A stretch of DNA of 64,000 nucleotides from Vulcanimicrobiota bacterium (GTDB taxonomy: Bacteria; Vulcanimicrobiota; Vulcanimicrobiia; Vulcanimicrobiales; Vulcanimicrobiaceae): contig CAVTCS010000003.1 of the NCBI GenBank assembly GCA_963733295.1, forward strand, positions 1,472,001 through 1,536,000. Direction: 5' to 3'. A program made the position numbers and the translations under genes. Below the pieces are notes generated by a model. That model was not told the origin of the DNA. It did not search any database and was given only the letters and a program-made list of their open reading frames with translations. Shown piece by piece: positions 10,377 through 19,207 of this stretch (within the stretch, counting starts at the first letter, position 1; each line of letters starts with the position of its first letter).

Positions 10377-11057
10377 TCAATCCCGGCCGCGTCCGCCGAA
10401 AATGCGCAAAAGCGCGAGGAAAATGTTGATCGCGTCGAGGTAGATCGACGTTGCGAGCTGCACCGCGCTGGCGCCGCTGCCGCCCGCGCGGATCCGCGCG
10501 AAATCGACCAGCACCAGCACGGAGAAAACGATGAGCGTCAACCACGAGTACGCCGTGGGCGACATGAAGTGCCAAAAGATCGAAACGAAGCCGGCGATGA
10601 CCAGCACGATTAAGGCGGCATACGCCCAGCCGGCGAGCCTACGATAGTCGAAGCTCGTCAGGTAAACGATCGCCGCAAGCGTGAGCATGCCGAGCCCCGT
10701 CGTGGACGCGGCGTTGACGACGGTTGCCGGACCATCGACGCGCGCGTAGTTGGCGACGATCGGTCCGATCGCAACGCCTTCGATTCCCGTGAAGATGTAG
10801 AAAAGCGCCAGCGAGAGCGCCTGATTGGCGCGCGTGAAATTGAGCGCGATCAACGGCACGAAGCCGACGATGGCGGCCACGAGGCTCACCCCGTACGGCA
10901 CGTCGCGGACCAAATAGGCCGCCACGCTCGTAATCAGAAATCCGACGCCGGTGATGCCTAAGACCTGACCGAGCAGCGCGCCGGTGGGAACCGCGGTCGC
11001 ACCGAGCGCGGGAGCCTGATAGCGCGGTGACTGTGACTGAAACATCGCATCCCCCAC
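10377..11057 (-). CDS. Bax inhibitor-1/YccA family membrane protein
   Basis: About 7 hydrophobic segments and C-terminal SIYLDAINIFLALLRIFG. Confidence 0.85.
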   Translation of the reverse strand: MGDAMFQSQSPRYQAPALGATAVPTGALLGQVLGITGVGFLITSVAAYLVRDVPYGVSLVAAIVGFVPLIALNFTRANQALSLALFYIFTGIEGVAIGPIVANYARVDGPATVVNAASTTGLGMLTLAAIVYLTSFDYRRLAGWAYAALIVLVIAGFVSIFWHFMSPTAYSWLTLIVFSVLVLVDFARIRAGGSGASAVQLATSIYLDAINIFLALLRIFGGRGRD

Positions 11058-11089
11058 GACCCGCTTCGCGCGGTCCGAGTTTCGAAGGG

Positions 11090-12370
11090 TTAGATCGAGA
11101 TCGTCGCCGGCCTCGCGATATCGCTGCGATAGCTAAGCACCCCGGGGCCAAACCGGCCCGCCAGCTCGCCGACCGCCGCGTAGACGCGCTCGCGCGCGGC
11201 GGAAAGGTTCGGCCCGAGCGCGGTCACCGTCACGACGCGGCCGCCGGGAGAGTCGACGACGTTGCCGCGCCGGGACGAACCACCCCAAAATGCCACGCAG
11301 CCCTCATCCAGGCGCAGATCTCCGGGCAGATCGCGCAGCGGCGTCGAGGTGCGCGGATAGTCGGGCGTCGCGAGAACGACGCCGGCACACGCCTCGGCGC
11401 TCAGCGACGCAACGCCGAGGTCGAGGCGCCCGTCGGCCGCGTTCGCCAGCAATTGTGCGAAATCGCCGCGCACTCGCGGCATTAAAACCTGCGTCTCGGG
11501 ATCGCCGAAGCGCACGTTGAACTCGATGACGGACGGCCCTTCTGCGGTCCACATCAGGCCGCAATACAAGACGCCCACGTAGCGTTCGCCTTCAGCGGCA
11601 AGGCCGCGCGCGACCGGATCGAGCACGCGCGCGCGCACCGTGTCGAGCAGCGCGTCGGGAAATCCCGCGGGCGGCGAGTACGCACCCATGCCGCCGGTGT
11701 TCGGTCCGCTGTCGCCGTCGCCGGCCCGCTTGTAATCGCAAGCTGCGCCGAACGGTTCGAACGTGCGACCGTCGCCGAGCGCGAAGACGCTGACCTCGCG
11801 CCCCTCCAGCTTTTCCTCGAGCAGCACGTCGCTACCGCCGCCCGGAACTCCCGAAGCACCATACCAGTCGCGAAGCACGGCCAGTGCCTGCGCCGCGTCG
11901 TCGGCCACGACGACCCCTTTGCCGGCCGCGAGTCCGTCGGCTTTGACGACGCATCCGCCGGCCCAGTCGGCCAGCGCGCGTTCGGCATTTGAAAGCGAAC
12001 GAACGACCCGGCCGCGCGCCGTCGGAATGCGATGGCGCTCGAGAAAGCGCTTGGCGAAGATCTTGCTCGATTCCAACCGCCCGGCGGAGCGGCTCGGGCC
12101 AAACGTGCGAATCCGCGCCTCGCGAAAACGGTCTCCGACGCCTGACGCGATCGCCGTTTCGGGTCCGAGCACGACCAGGTCGATCTGCGCGTCCAGTGCG
12201 CGCGCGACGAGCGATTTACCGTCGGTTGCGGGAATCGGCCAGTTCTCACCGCGCAGCGCCGTGCCCGCGTTTCCGGGTGAAGCGAACATGGCGCTACACG
12301 ACGGCGATGCCGCTAAACGCCACGAGAGTGCGTCTTCGCGTGCTCCGCTACCGACGACCAGAATTTTCAC
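11090..12370 (-). CDS. purD: Phosphoribosylamine--glycine ligase
   Basis: LVVGSGARE, LESSK, KADGLAAGKGV, GPNTGGMG, EFNVRFGDPE motifs. Confidence 0.97.
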   Translation of the reverse strand: MKILVVGSGAREDALSWRLAASPSCSAMFASPGNAGTALRGENWPIPATDGKSLVARALDAQIDLVVLGPETAIASGVGDRFREARIRTFGPSRSAGRLESSKIFAKRFLERHRIPTARGRVVRSLSNAERALADWAGGCVVKADGLAAGKGVVVADDAAQALAVLRDWYGASGVPGGGSDVLLEEKLEGREVSVFALGDGRTFEPFGAACDYKRAGDGDSGPNTGGMGAYSPPAGFPDALLDTVRARVLDPVARGLAAEGERYVGVLYCGLMWTAEGPSVIEFNVRFGDPETQVLMPRVRGDFAQLLANAADGRLDLGVASLSAEACAGVVLATPDYPRTSTPLRDLPGDLRLDEGCVAFWGGSSRRGNVVDSPGGRVVTVTALGPNLSAARERVYAAVGELAGRFGPGVLSYRSDIARPATISI

Positions 12371-12392
12371 GAAAGGGCAGCGGCGACGGGGT

Positions 12393-13964
12393 TCACTCCC
12401 ACTCGACCGTCGCGGGAGGCTTGGAGGTGATGTCGTAGGCGACGCGATTCACGCCCGGCACTTCGTTGACGATGCGCGTGCTGATGCGCTCGAGCAAGGC
12501 ATGCGGTAAGCGAGCCCAGTCGGCCGTCATTCCGTCTTCGCTGGTAATCGCGCGGACGGCGACCAAGTTCGCGTAGGTCCGGCCGTCGCCCATGACGCCG
12601 ACGCTTTGCAGCGGCGTGAGCACCGCGAAATACTGCCAGGGTCTCGGCGACAGTTCGGCGCGTTCGATTTCCGAGGTGACGATCGCGTCGGCGGCGCGCA
12701 CCGTGTCGAGCCGCTCGGCGGTCACCTCACCCAAGACCCGCACCGCGAGCCCCGGACCGGGAAAGGGCTGGCGTTCGACGATCGCCGAGGGCAGGCCGAG
12801 CACGCGCCCAACTTCGCGAACCTCGTCTTTGAAAAGCGCACGCAGTGGTTCGACGAGGTCGAGCGCCATGTTTTCGGGCAACCCGCCGACGTTGTGGTGC
12901 GACTTGATCTTATGTCCGGCTTTCGAGCCCGGCGTCTTCGATTCGATCACGTCGGGGTAGAGCGTACCTTGCACGAGGAAGCCGACGTCGGGAAGCTTGG
13001 CTGCTTCTTCTTCGAAGATCGCGATGAACTCGTGTCCGATCCGGATGCGCTTCTCTTCTGGATCGATCACGCCGGCTAGGCGTGCCAGGAAACGCTCGCG
13101 TGCGTCGACGCGAACGACGTTCAAGTGCAGCATGTCGCGGAACGCGGCGACCACCGCGTCACCTTCGCCTCGACGCAGCAGTCCCGTATCGACGAAGATG
13201 CAGCACAGCTGCTCGCCGACCGCCCGCGCGACCAGCGTCGCCGCCACGGCGGAATCGACTCCGCCCGACAGGGCGCAGATGACGTGCCGTTCGCCGACCT
13301 GAGCACGGATCTCCGAGACCTTCGCATCGACGAACGACCCCATCTCCCAGCTCGGCGCGATGCCCGCCACCTCGTTCAGAAAGTTCGCAATGACGCGCTT
13401 GCCGGCTTCGGTGTGTGCGACCTCGGGATGAAACTGGACGCCGTAGATCCGCCGGCGCGGGTCGCCGAGAGCCGCGACGGCGCAGCGCTCGGTGCGCGCG
13501 AGAATTTCGAAGCCGGGCGGTGCGGCGACGACCGTGTCGCCGTGCGACATCCAGGCCCGCGTGCGCTGCGGAACCCCGTTTAAGAGTGGTGAATCGTGCG
13601 TTATCTCGAGTTCGGCCGGCCCGAATTCCGAATAGGTCGAGCGCGCGAGCTCGCCCTTGAGATCGCGCGCGATCAACTGCATACCGTAACAGATTCCGAG
13701 GATCGGAACTCCCGAGTTCCAGAGCGCCGGATCGACGCCCAACGCGGCCGGTTCGAGCGTGCTCTCGGGGCCGCCGGTCAGAATGACCGCGGCCGGCTCG
13801 AGTGCCGCGATTTGAGTCCACGGCGCGTCGTGCGGCAGGATCTCCGAGTACACGCGCGCTTCGCGCGCGCGGCGCGCGATCAGCTGGCTATACTGCGCGC
13901 CGAAATCGAGAATGACGACGGTCGCCGGACGCGTCCGCGGCACTGCTTGGGGACTCACGGCCAT
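12393..13964 (-). CDS. guaA: GMP synthase (glutamine-hydrolysing)
   Basis: [42 protein letters not shown] motifs. Start approximate. Confidence 0.97.
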   Translation of the reverse strand: MAVSPQAVPRTRPATVVILDFGAQYSQLIARRAREARVYSEILPHDAPWTQIAALEPAAVILTGGPESTLEPAALGVDPALWNSGVPILGICYGMQLIARDLKGELARSTYSEFGPAELEITHDSPLLNGVPQRTRAWMSHGDTVVAAPPGFEILARTERCAVAALGDPRRRIYGVQFHPEVAHTEAGKRVIANFLNEVAGIAPSWEMGSFVDAKVSEIRAQVGERHVICALSGGVDSAVAATLVARAVGEQLCCIFVDTGLLRRGEGDAVVAAFRDMLHLNVVRVDARERFLARLAGVIDPEEKRIRIGHEFIAIFEEEAAKLPDVGFLVQGTLYPDVIESKTPGSKAGHKIKSHHNVGGLPENMALDLVEPLRALFKDEVREVGRVLGLPSAIVERQPFPGPGLAVRVLGEVTAERLDTVRAADAIVTSEIERAELSPRPWQYFAVLTPLQSVGVMGDGRTYANLVAVRAITSEDGMTADWARLPHALLERISTRIVNEVPGVNRVAYDITSKPPATVEWE

Positions 13965-14040
13965 CTGCCACCGCTTCTCGCCGTGCAGGAGCGGCACCCC
14001 CGCGCGACGCTCGAGCGACGGCGGGGATGCCCGGATCGAA

Positions 14041-14613
14041 TTACTTTACGAGCGCCGCGAACGGCAGGTTACGAACCTTCTTGTACAGCGCCGGGTCGTT
14101 CTGAACGAACAGCGAGTCGGCTTTGATAATCGAACCGTCGGTATTGAAGTAGGCTTGACGCGCATGGACCGTGTCATCGAGACCGGGCAAGGTTCCGGCC
14201 TGGCGCGCGCGCGCGAGCGTTCCGTCGGAACGGAAACAAAGCTGCGTCGCGCGTTCCGCGCCCGACGCGTTGAACGTGGCCCAGCGGACCCACTGCAAAT
14301 TTCCGGACTGCTTCCACGCCTGCGCGTAGGTGATCGACGAATGCGTGTGTTCGACGCTCGACTTGTGCGCTGCGTCAACGACCGCCCACGTCGAACCCTT
14401 GACGCTCGCGACCTCGGTCGGCGTCGTAGTGGTGAGGACCTGTTTGAAGACCGCGCAATTCGCGTCGATGCGCTTGACCAAAAGCTCGGGTGATACCATG
14501 TTCGCGGGCGTCAGGGGCTTGGTGGTCATTTGTGCCATTTGAGCCTGAGCCGGCAGGGTCATCGCGATCCCGAAGCCGGCCAGCAGCGTTGGAAGAGTGC
14601 GCCAAGAAAACAT
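14041..14613 (-). CDS. Hypothetical secreted protein
   Basis: Signal peptide (LPAQA-Q), GGAGG upstream, coding-like codon usage. Confidence 0.65.
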   Translation of the reverse strand: MFSWRTLPTLLAGFGIAMTLPAQAQMAQMTTKPLTPANMVSPELLVKRIDANCAVFKQVLTTTTPTEVASVKGSTWAVVDAAHKSSVEHTHSSITYAQAWKQSGNLQWVRWATFNASGAERATQLCFRSDGTLARARQAGTLPGLDDTVHARQAYFNTDGSIIKADSLFVQNDPALYKKVRNLPFAALVK

Positions 14614-14666
14614 CGAGGGGGACCTCCGATTAAACCGTCAGCGGTACGTAGGAAGACGGGCCGCCA

Positions 14667-15803
14667 TCACGTAGCGACCTCTCCCAGCCGTTCGGCGTCG
14701 CGCGCCATCACGACCTCCATGGCGATGCGCTCGCCGACCGAAACGTCCCTCCCCCAGCGGTACGCGCTGTAGGGCGTGTAGCGCGTCCCCGGCGAACCTG
14801 GGATCCGCAGCGAAACGTCGTACACGACGAACGCTTTGGGCGGTCCCGCCTCGATGATGCACTGGAGCGCGAAAGGTCCGATCACGCCGGGAGGATTGAG
14901 TTCGCGCGCCGCGCCAACGAAGCGCTCGCCGAGTTCGAAGGCAGGCTCGAGCATCGATTCGGTCAGCGTCGTGGCGATGTGGCCCGCCTCTTCCATGCGC
15001 ACGGGGATGCTCGCGGCGTATGCCAGTTGGGCGGGCGGCAAACCGCGCAAGCCGTCAAGATTGGTTTGGCGCCGAGTATCGGTTCCCAGCAATTCGAGTT
15101 CTTCGAGCAGCGGCGAATAAAAGAAATTCAAGTTGACGCTCGGCCCCAGCGCATATTCCTCGATGCGGGCCGCACGCAGACCTTCGACGGTCAGCATTCC
15201 GGCAGCGCGCAAGCGTTCGGCTTGGGCTTCGTATTCCGCCGCCGAGGAGCACAGGAAGAATGCGCGCTCGAAGCCGATCTGCGCGTGAGCGGCCTTTACC
15301 ATAACCAAACGATCGATGTCGGCCGGTGACGTGAAGACGCGCGGATGGCGGATTCCGGCGCGTGCGAGGAGGGCATACTGATTGTCCGCCTCGGCGCGTT
15401 CCTCGGCGCGCAGCAAGCGACGGTTTCCGAAAAATGGAACGAGCATCTCGGCTTCGATACGATCGTACGAGTAGCGCTCGCGCAGGTAGACTTCGAACGA
15501 ACGGTTCGGAACAAACAGTACGTTGGCCGCGAGCAGCCTTTCTTGCACGTCGGGCAGCAGGATATCGGCAAAGGCATCGAGTTCGAGCGTGCGGGTAACG
15601 CAGCCGCGCTCGGGATCGGAGCGGCGCGCGAAATAGCGTGCGTACGTTTTCTCGCGACCCCGCGCGGTGACGATGAGGCTCTCCAGTCCGCAGCGCAACG
15701 CCCCCTGCGCGACGTCGAGCGCCGAGTGACTGCCGACCGAAGCCAGCGTCAACCGCGCGCGGTCGTAACGCGCGAGCGCGGCGGAGATTCGGGGTTCCGG
15801 CAC
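14667..15803 (-). CDS. PurP-like ATP-grasp protein (DUF1246/DUF1297 family, second paralogue)
   Basis: SVGSHSALD, VPNRSF, FGNRRLLRAEER, GPFALQ, RIPGSPG, GERIAME match the archaeal PurP-like family. Confidence 0.85.
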   Translation of the reverse strand: MPEPRISAALARYDRARLTLASVGSHSALDVAQGALRCGLESLIVTARGREKTYARYFARRSDPERGCVTRTLELDAFADILLPDVQERLLAANVLFVPNRSFEVYLRERYSYDRIEAEMLVPFFGNRRLLRAEERAEADNQYALLARAGIRHPRVFTSPADIDRLVMVKAAHAQIGFERAFFLCSSAAEYEAQAERLRAAGMLTVEGLRAARIEEYALGPSVNLNFFYSPLLEELELLGTDTRRQTNLDGLRGLPPAQLAYAASIPVRMEEAGHIATTLTESMLEPAFELGERFVGAARELNPPGVIGPFALQCIIEAGPPKAFVVYDVSLRIPGSPGTRYTPYSAYRWGRDVSVGERIAMEVVMARDAERLGEVAT

Positions 15804-15812
15804 CGCGAGAGT

Positions 15813-16910
15813 CTACGACGCGTCGAGCAAGCGGGCCTCGTTCGAGCCGGCGTACTCGACCACCAGAACCTCGCGGACGCGCTGCGCCTCGGCCAGCGTC
15901 GACGACGCGCCGACGCGCAGCAGCAAGCGGTACAGTCCGGCCAAATATTTTGGGAGCGTTCGATCGTGCGGGTACTGGTGCTGCCAGTCTTCGACCGCCG
16001 TGGCCAGGTGCAATGCGTCGGGAGCCATGCGCTCGCCCCAACCGGAATCCAGATATTTGTCGATGCGCTGCATTTCGTCCCCAACGCCGATCGGCGAGAT
16101 TCGGATCTCGCCGAAATACTCGTCAGCAGGCGCGGTGCGGGTCAGCGCGACCGAGTGGGATTCGCTGCCCGGATCGTTCGCCAAGCGCGCCGCCGAGGTG
16201 CGGTTGCGTCGCGCCACGATAGCGCGCGCGTCAGCGTTATCGACCGGGTTCGCGGCCGGATCGGCCAGGGTCGCCGAAACGATCGCGAAGAGCTGAGCGC
16301 GTTCGGCGACCGGAATCAGCGAGAACGTAACGGCAGGTTCGGCCGCATGCTGCAACAGCGCGCTGCGATAGACGGGATCGCGCGTCAGGGCGTAGGCACG
16401 CACTTCGGCGACGACTTCGGCTACGAACGTGGCCGGTTCGCCGTGAAAGGAGTGGACGTTCGCCGCCGCGTCGTCGTCGGCTTGGCGCGCCAGAACCGCG
16501 GGATCCGCGGCCGCGTCCAGACGCGCCAAGAGCGCCGTGGCTTTGGCTGCGGCCGCGGCGTCACCGCGTGCCTGCACCCAGGTCGCGGCCTCGCGCACGT
16601 ACCACATCGCCGCATCGTCGTTGGTCAACGGGTCGTAGTGCAACTGCGTGGCGACGTCGACGGTCAACCCCGCCACCTCGGCGTACTGCGCATCGGTCGG
16701 CCGGAAGAGCGCGTAGGCACGTCCCGCGTCGAGCACGGCGCTGAAGTATGCGACCTCGGCAACGAAGGGCCAGCCCCGGGCGTTTCCCCGGTCGTAGGCG
16801 CGGCGCATCGTTACGTAGAGCGCTTGCGGATCCACCGTGATGACGGCCGCGGCCGGAGAGGCGAACAGGACGAGCGCGCTCAGCGCGAGGGCAATCGCTC
16901 CGTTACGCAA
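15813..16910 (-). CDS. Hypothetical secreted helical protein
   Basis: Signal peptide (SPAAA-V); overlaps the purP stop; Ala-rich helical composition. Confidence 0.65.
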   Translation of the reverse strand: MRNGAIALALSALVLFASPAAAVITVDPQALYVTMRRAYDRGNARGWPFVAEVAYFSAVLDAGRAYALFRPTDAQYAEVAGLTVDVATQLHYDPLTNDDAAMWYVREAATWVQARGDAAAAAKATALLARLDAAADPAVLARQADDDAAANVHSFHGEPATFVAEVVAEVRAYALTRDPVYRSALLQHAAEPAVTFSLIPVAERAQLFAIVSATLADPAANPVDNADARAIVARRNRTSAARLANDPGSESHSVALTRTAPADEYFGEIRISPIGVGDEMQRIDKYLDSGWGERMAPDALHLATAVEDWQHQYPHDRTLPKYLAGLYRLLLRVGASSTLAEAQRVREVLVVEYAGSNEARLLDAS

Positions 16911-17970
16911 GACCCGAGTCGTCGAGCACGGCGTGCAGGTTATTCGAGAGCAGCGCGTTCTTGATCTCTCGCGCGATGCGGCGGCCGGTCGACATCGGCT
17001 CGCTATAGTTCAAGTACGAGTAGGGCGAGCCGTCGATGAATAGGTTCGTGCCTGCGACGATGCGCGCCGAAACTTCCATGATGTAGAACTGCGTGTCGGG
17101 CGTGATGATCGTTTCGATACAGAACGCACCGAAGAGGCCTTTGGGCGGGCAGATCTCCTGGCTGACACGCACGAGCTCCTCGCCCATGCGATAGGCCTCG
17201 GCCAGCATCGACTCGCGCAGCGAGAGCGGCTGGTTACCCACGACGACGTAACTCGGGTCGACGTTCATACCTTCTTGAGCGGCGGCGGGAATGCGCCCCA
17301 GCGAGTCGACGTTGGTTTCGTAGCGGCGATCCATGCTCATGATCTCGAGCTTGCCGCTAAGCGGTGAGTAGAAGTAGTGGATGTAGAGCGGAACCCCGAT
17401 CACGTACTCTTGCAGCACGTAGTTTCGCCGCGCGAGCTCCGCGGCGCGCTTTTCGAAATCGCCGGCGTCGCGCAGGAACAGATAGCCTTTGCCGCCTTGC
17501 GCGCCGTAGAGCTTGACGATCACGGGCCGGTCGATCTCGGCGCCGCTCTTGAACTGGCGCGGAACCTTGAGTCCGGCTCGCGTGAGCCACTCGCGTTGCA
17601 ACTCGCGGCTCGCTTCCCAGTCGAGCACCGCCTTGTTCCCGAAGTATGGAATCGACATGCGCTTGTGCTCTTCGAGCGAAAGGTACGCGACGAACGAGCC
17701 GTGCGGAACGATGATGATCTTGCGTTGCTCGAGCTCGGGGACGAGCGACATGAAGTCTTCGTAACGCTCGATCGCGATGACCTCGTCGACGAAGGCGAAC
17801 GACTTATAGAGCCGCTGCGTTTCGACGTTGGCGATCGCGAGGGTATTGAAACCCTCGTCGTGAGCGCCTTTGAGGATTTGCAGCGCCGAATGCGAGCCGA
17901 GCGTCGCGACGGTGTAGAAGTCGCTCGACTTCGCTTGAGCGGGCGTGGGGAGAAGTTCGGGTGCAATCAT
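16903..17970 (-). CDS. purP: Formate--phosphoribosylaminoimidazolecarboxamide ligase (FAICAR synthetase)
   Basis: TLGSHSALQILKGAHDEG, VPHGSF, GGKGYL, DRRYET, LRESML, SARIVAGTN, MSTGRRIAREIK motifs. Confidence 0.9.
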   Translation of the reverse strand: MIAPELLPTPAQAKSSDFYTVATLGSHSALQILKGAHDEGFNTLAIANVETQRLYKSFAFVDEVIAIERYEDFMSLVPELEQRKIIIVPHGSFVAYLSLEEHKRMSIPYFGNKAVLDWEASRELQREWLTRAGLKVPRQFKSGAEIDRPVIVKLYGAQGGKGYLFLRDAGDFEKRAAELARRNYVLQEYVIGVPLYIHYFYSPLSGKLEIMSMDRRYETNVDSLGRIPAAAQEGMNVDPSYVVVGNQPLSLRESMLAEAYRMGEELVRVSQEICPPKGLFGAFCIETIITPDTQFYIMEVSARIVAGTNLFIDGSPYSYLNYSEPMSTGRRIAREIKNALLSNNLHAVLDDSGLA

Positions 17971-18422
17971 AGTAATGCTCTCTGAAACGCGGGATTGCAA
18001 AGCAAAGTTTCCGTTGCGCGGCGAGCGGCCTCTGCCGCGGGAACGCCGCCCGAGCCTTCGACCCGCCACGCGGTAAAGCGCTCGACGCTCCAGACGCCCG
18101 GGAGCTCGCGGCCCGCAATTCGGACCGGGCCGCTCGCTGCGAGAGCTGCGGGGCGGATTTCGTCGATCCAAACTTCACCCGGCTGCGGCTCCGCGTCGTC
18201 CCGGACGCGAAGCGCGTGCTTTCCCGGATTGTAGATCGTCTCGAGGCTCGAAAGCGTCCGCACCAGACCCTCTTCGGCCGAAGCCTCGAGTTCGAAGCGA
18301 TAGAGGTCGGCGCGGACGAGGGCGTCGAGTGGAACGCCCAGCCGTTCGAGCGTCTCGCGCGCGGTCTCCGCCTCGTTGTCGGGGATCGTCAAGCTGACCT
18401 CGACGCAGCGCACGATTCTCAT
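17967..18422 (-). CDS. purS: Double-length PurS-like subunit of FGAM synthetase
   Basis: Directly after purQ; two PurS-like halves ending in IYNP and LLCNP. Confidence 0.6.
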   Translation of the reverse strand: MRIVRCVEVSLTIPDNEAETARETLERLGVPLDALVRADLYRFELEASAEEGLVRTLSSLETIYNPGKHALRVRDDAEPQPGEVWIDEIRPAALAASGPVRIAGRELPGVWSVERFTAWRVEGSGGVPAAEAARRATETLLCNPAFQRALL

Positions 18423-19207
18423 TGCGCGAGCGCTCGCGCCAGACCCTCGAACAGCACGATGCCGCCCGAGGCCGCGAGCATCGCGCCGGCATCGCCGCGC
18501 GCCCGCTCGCGCGATTCGTCGAGATGATTGTAGGTCCAGGCGTCGCGCTCCGGATGCGGCATGATCGCGAGCACGTTTCCGCGCGCGTTCACAAGCCCCG
18601 CCGCGCCCAGCGCCGAGCCGTTCGGAACGGCGTGCTCCCCCGTCTCACCTTTCGCGTTACAATAGACGAAGGCGACGTAGCCTTCCCGCTCGAGCTGCGC
18701 TAGCGTCGCACTTTCGGCAGCAAGACGCCCTTCACCGTGCGAGGCCCAAGCCGGAAATACGACGCCCGGCGCGAGGCTTGCCGTCAACGCGCTGCGCGCC
18801 GGGGGCACGACGAGTTTGACGTGCACGTGCGTCGAGCGAAACTTTCCGAGCGGCGCGTTCTTGGCGAACGCCGCTTGCGGCTGCGTGTGCCCTCCGATAC
18901 CGGGCACGAGCCCGCTTTCGACCAAGACCTGCGCGCCGTTGCAGATGCCCAGCACCGGCTTGCCGACCGCCGCGCCTTCCCGAACCGCGCTCATCACGCG
19001 ATCGTGCGCGGCGATCGCGCCGGCCCGCACGCGATCCTCGTAAGCAAAGCCGCCCGGCAACACGTAAGCGTCGAAGCTGCGCACCTCGTCGAGGTCGGCG
19101 TTCCAGGGCACGAGCTGCGCCGACACGTCGACGGCGTGGCAAGCGCGCAGCGTTTCTTCCTCGCTGTTCGTTCCGGGGAACACGATGATGCCGACGGTAG
19201 CGCTCAC
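18419..19207 (-). CDS. purQ: FGAM synthase glutaminase subunit
   Basis: VFPGTNS, LPGGFAYED, GICNGAQ, HGEG, MPHPER motifs. GTG start overlaps the purL stop. Confidence 0.95.
   Translation of the reverse strand: MSATVGIIVFPGTNSEEETLRACHAVDVSAQLVPWNADLDEVRSFDAYVLPGGFAYEDRVRAGAIAAHDRVMSAVREGAAVGKPVLGICNGAQVLVESGLVPGIGGHTQPQAAFAKNAPLGKFRSTHVHVKLVVPPARSALTASLAPGVVFPAWASHGEGRLAAESATLAQLEREGYVAFVYCNAKGETGEHAVPNGSALGAAGLVNARGNVLAIMPHPERDAWTYNHLDESRERARGDAGAMLAASGGIVLFEGLARALAQ

Noticed and set aside
15345..16964. Long antisense or alternate-frame ORFs (e.g. 539 aa here, also 21551-22828 and 24941-26398)
   Set aside because: Arg/Ala-rich shadows of real genes, expected at high GC.
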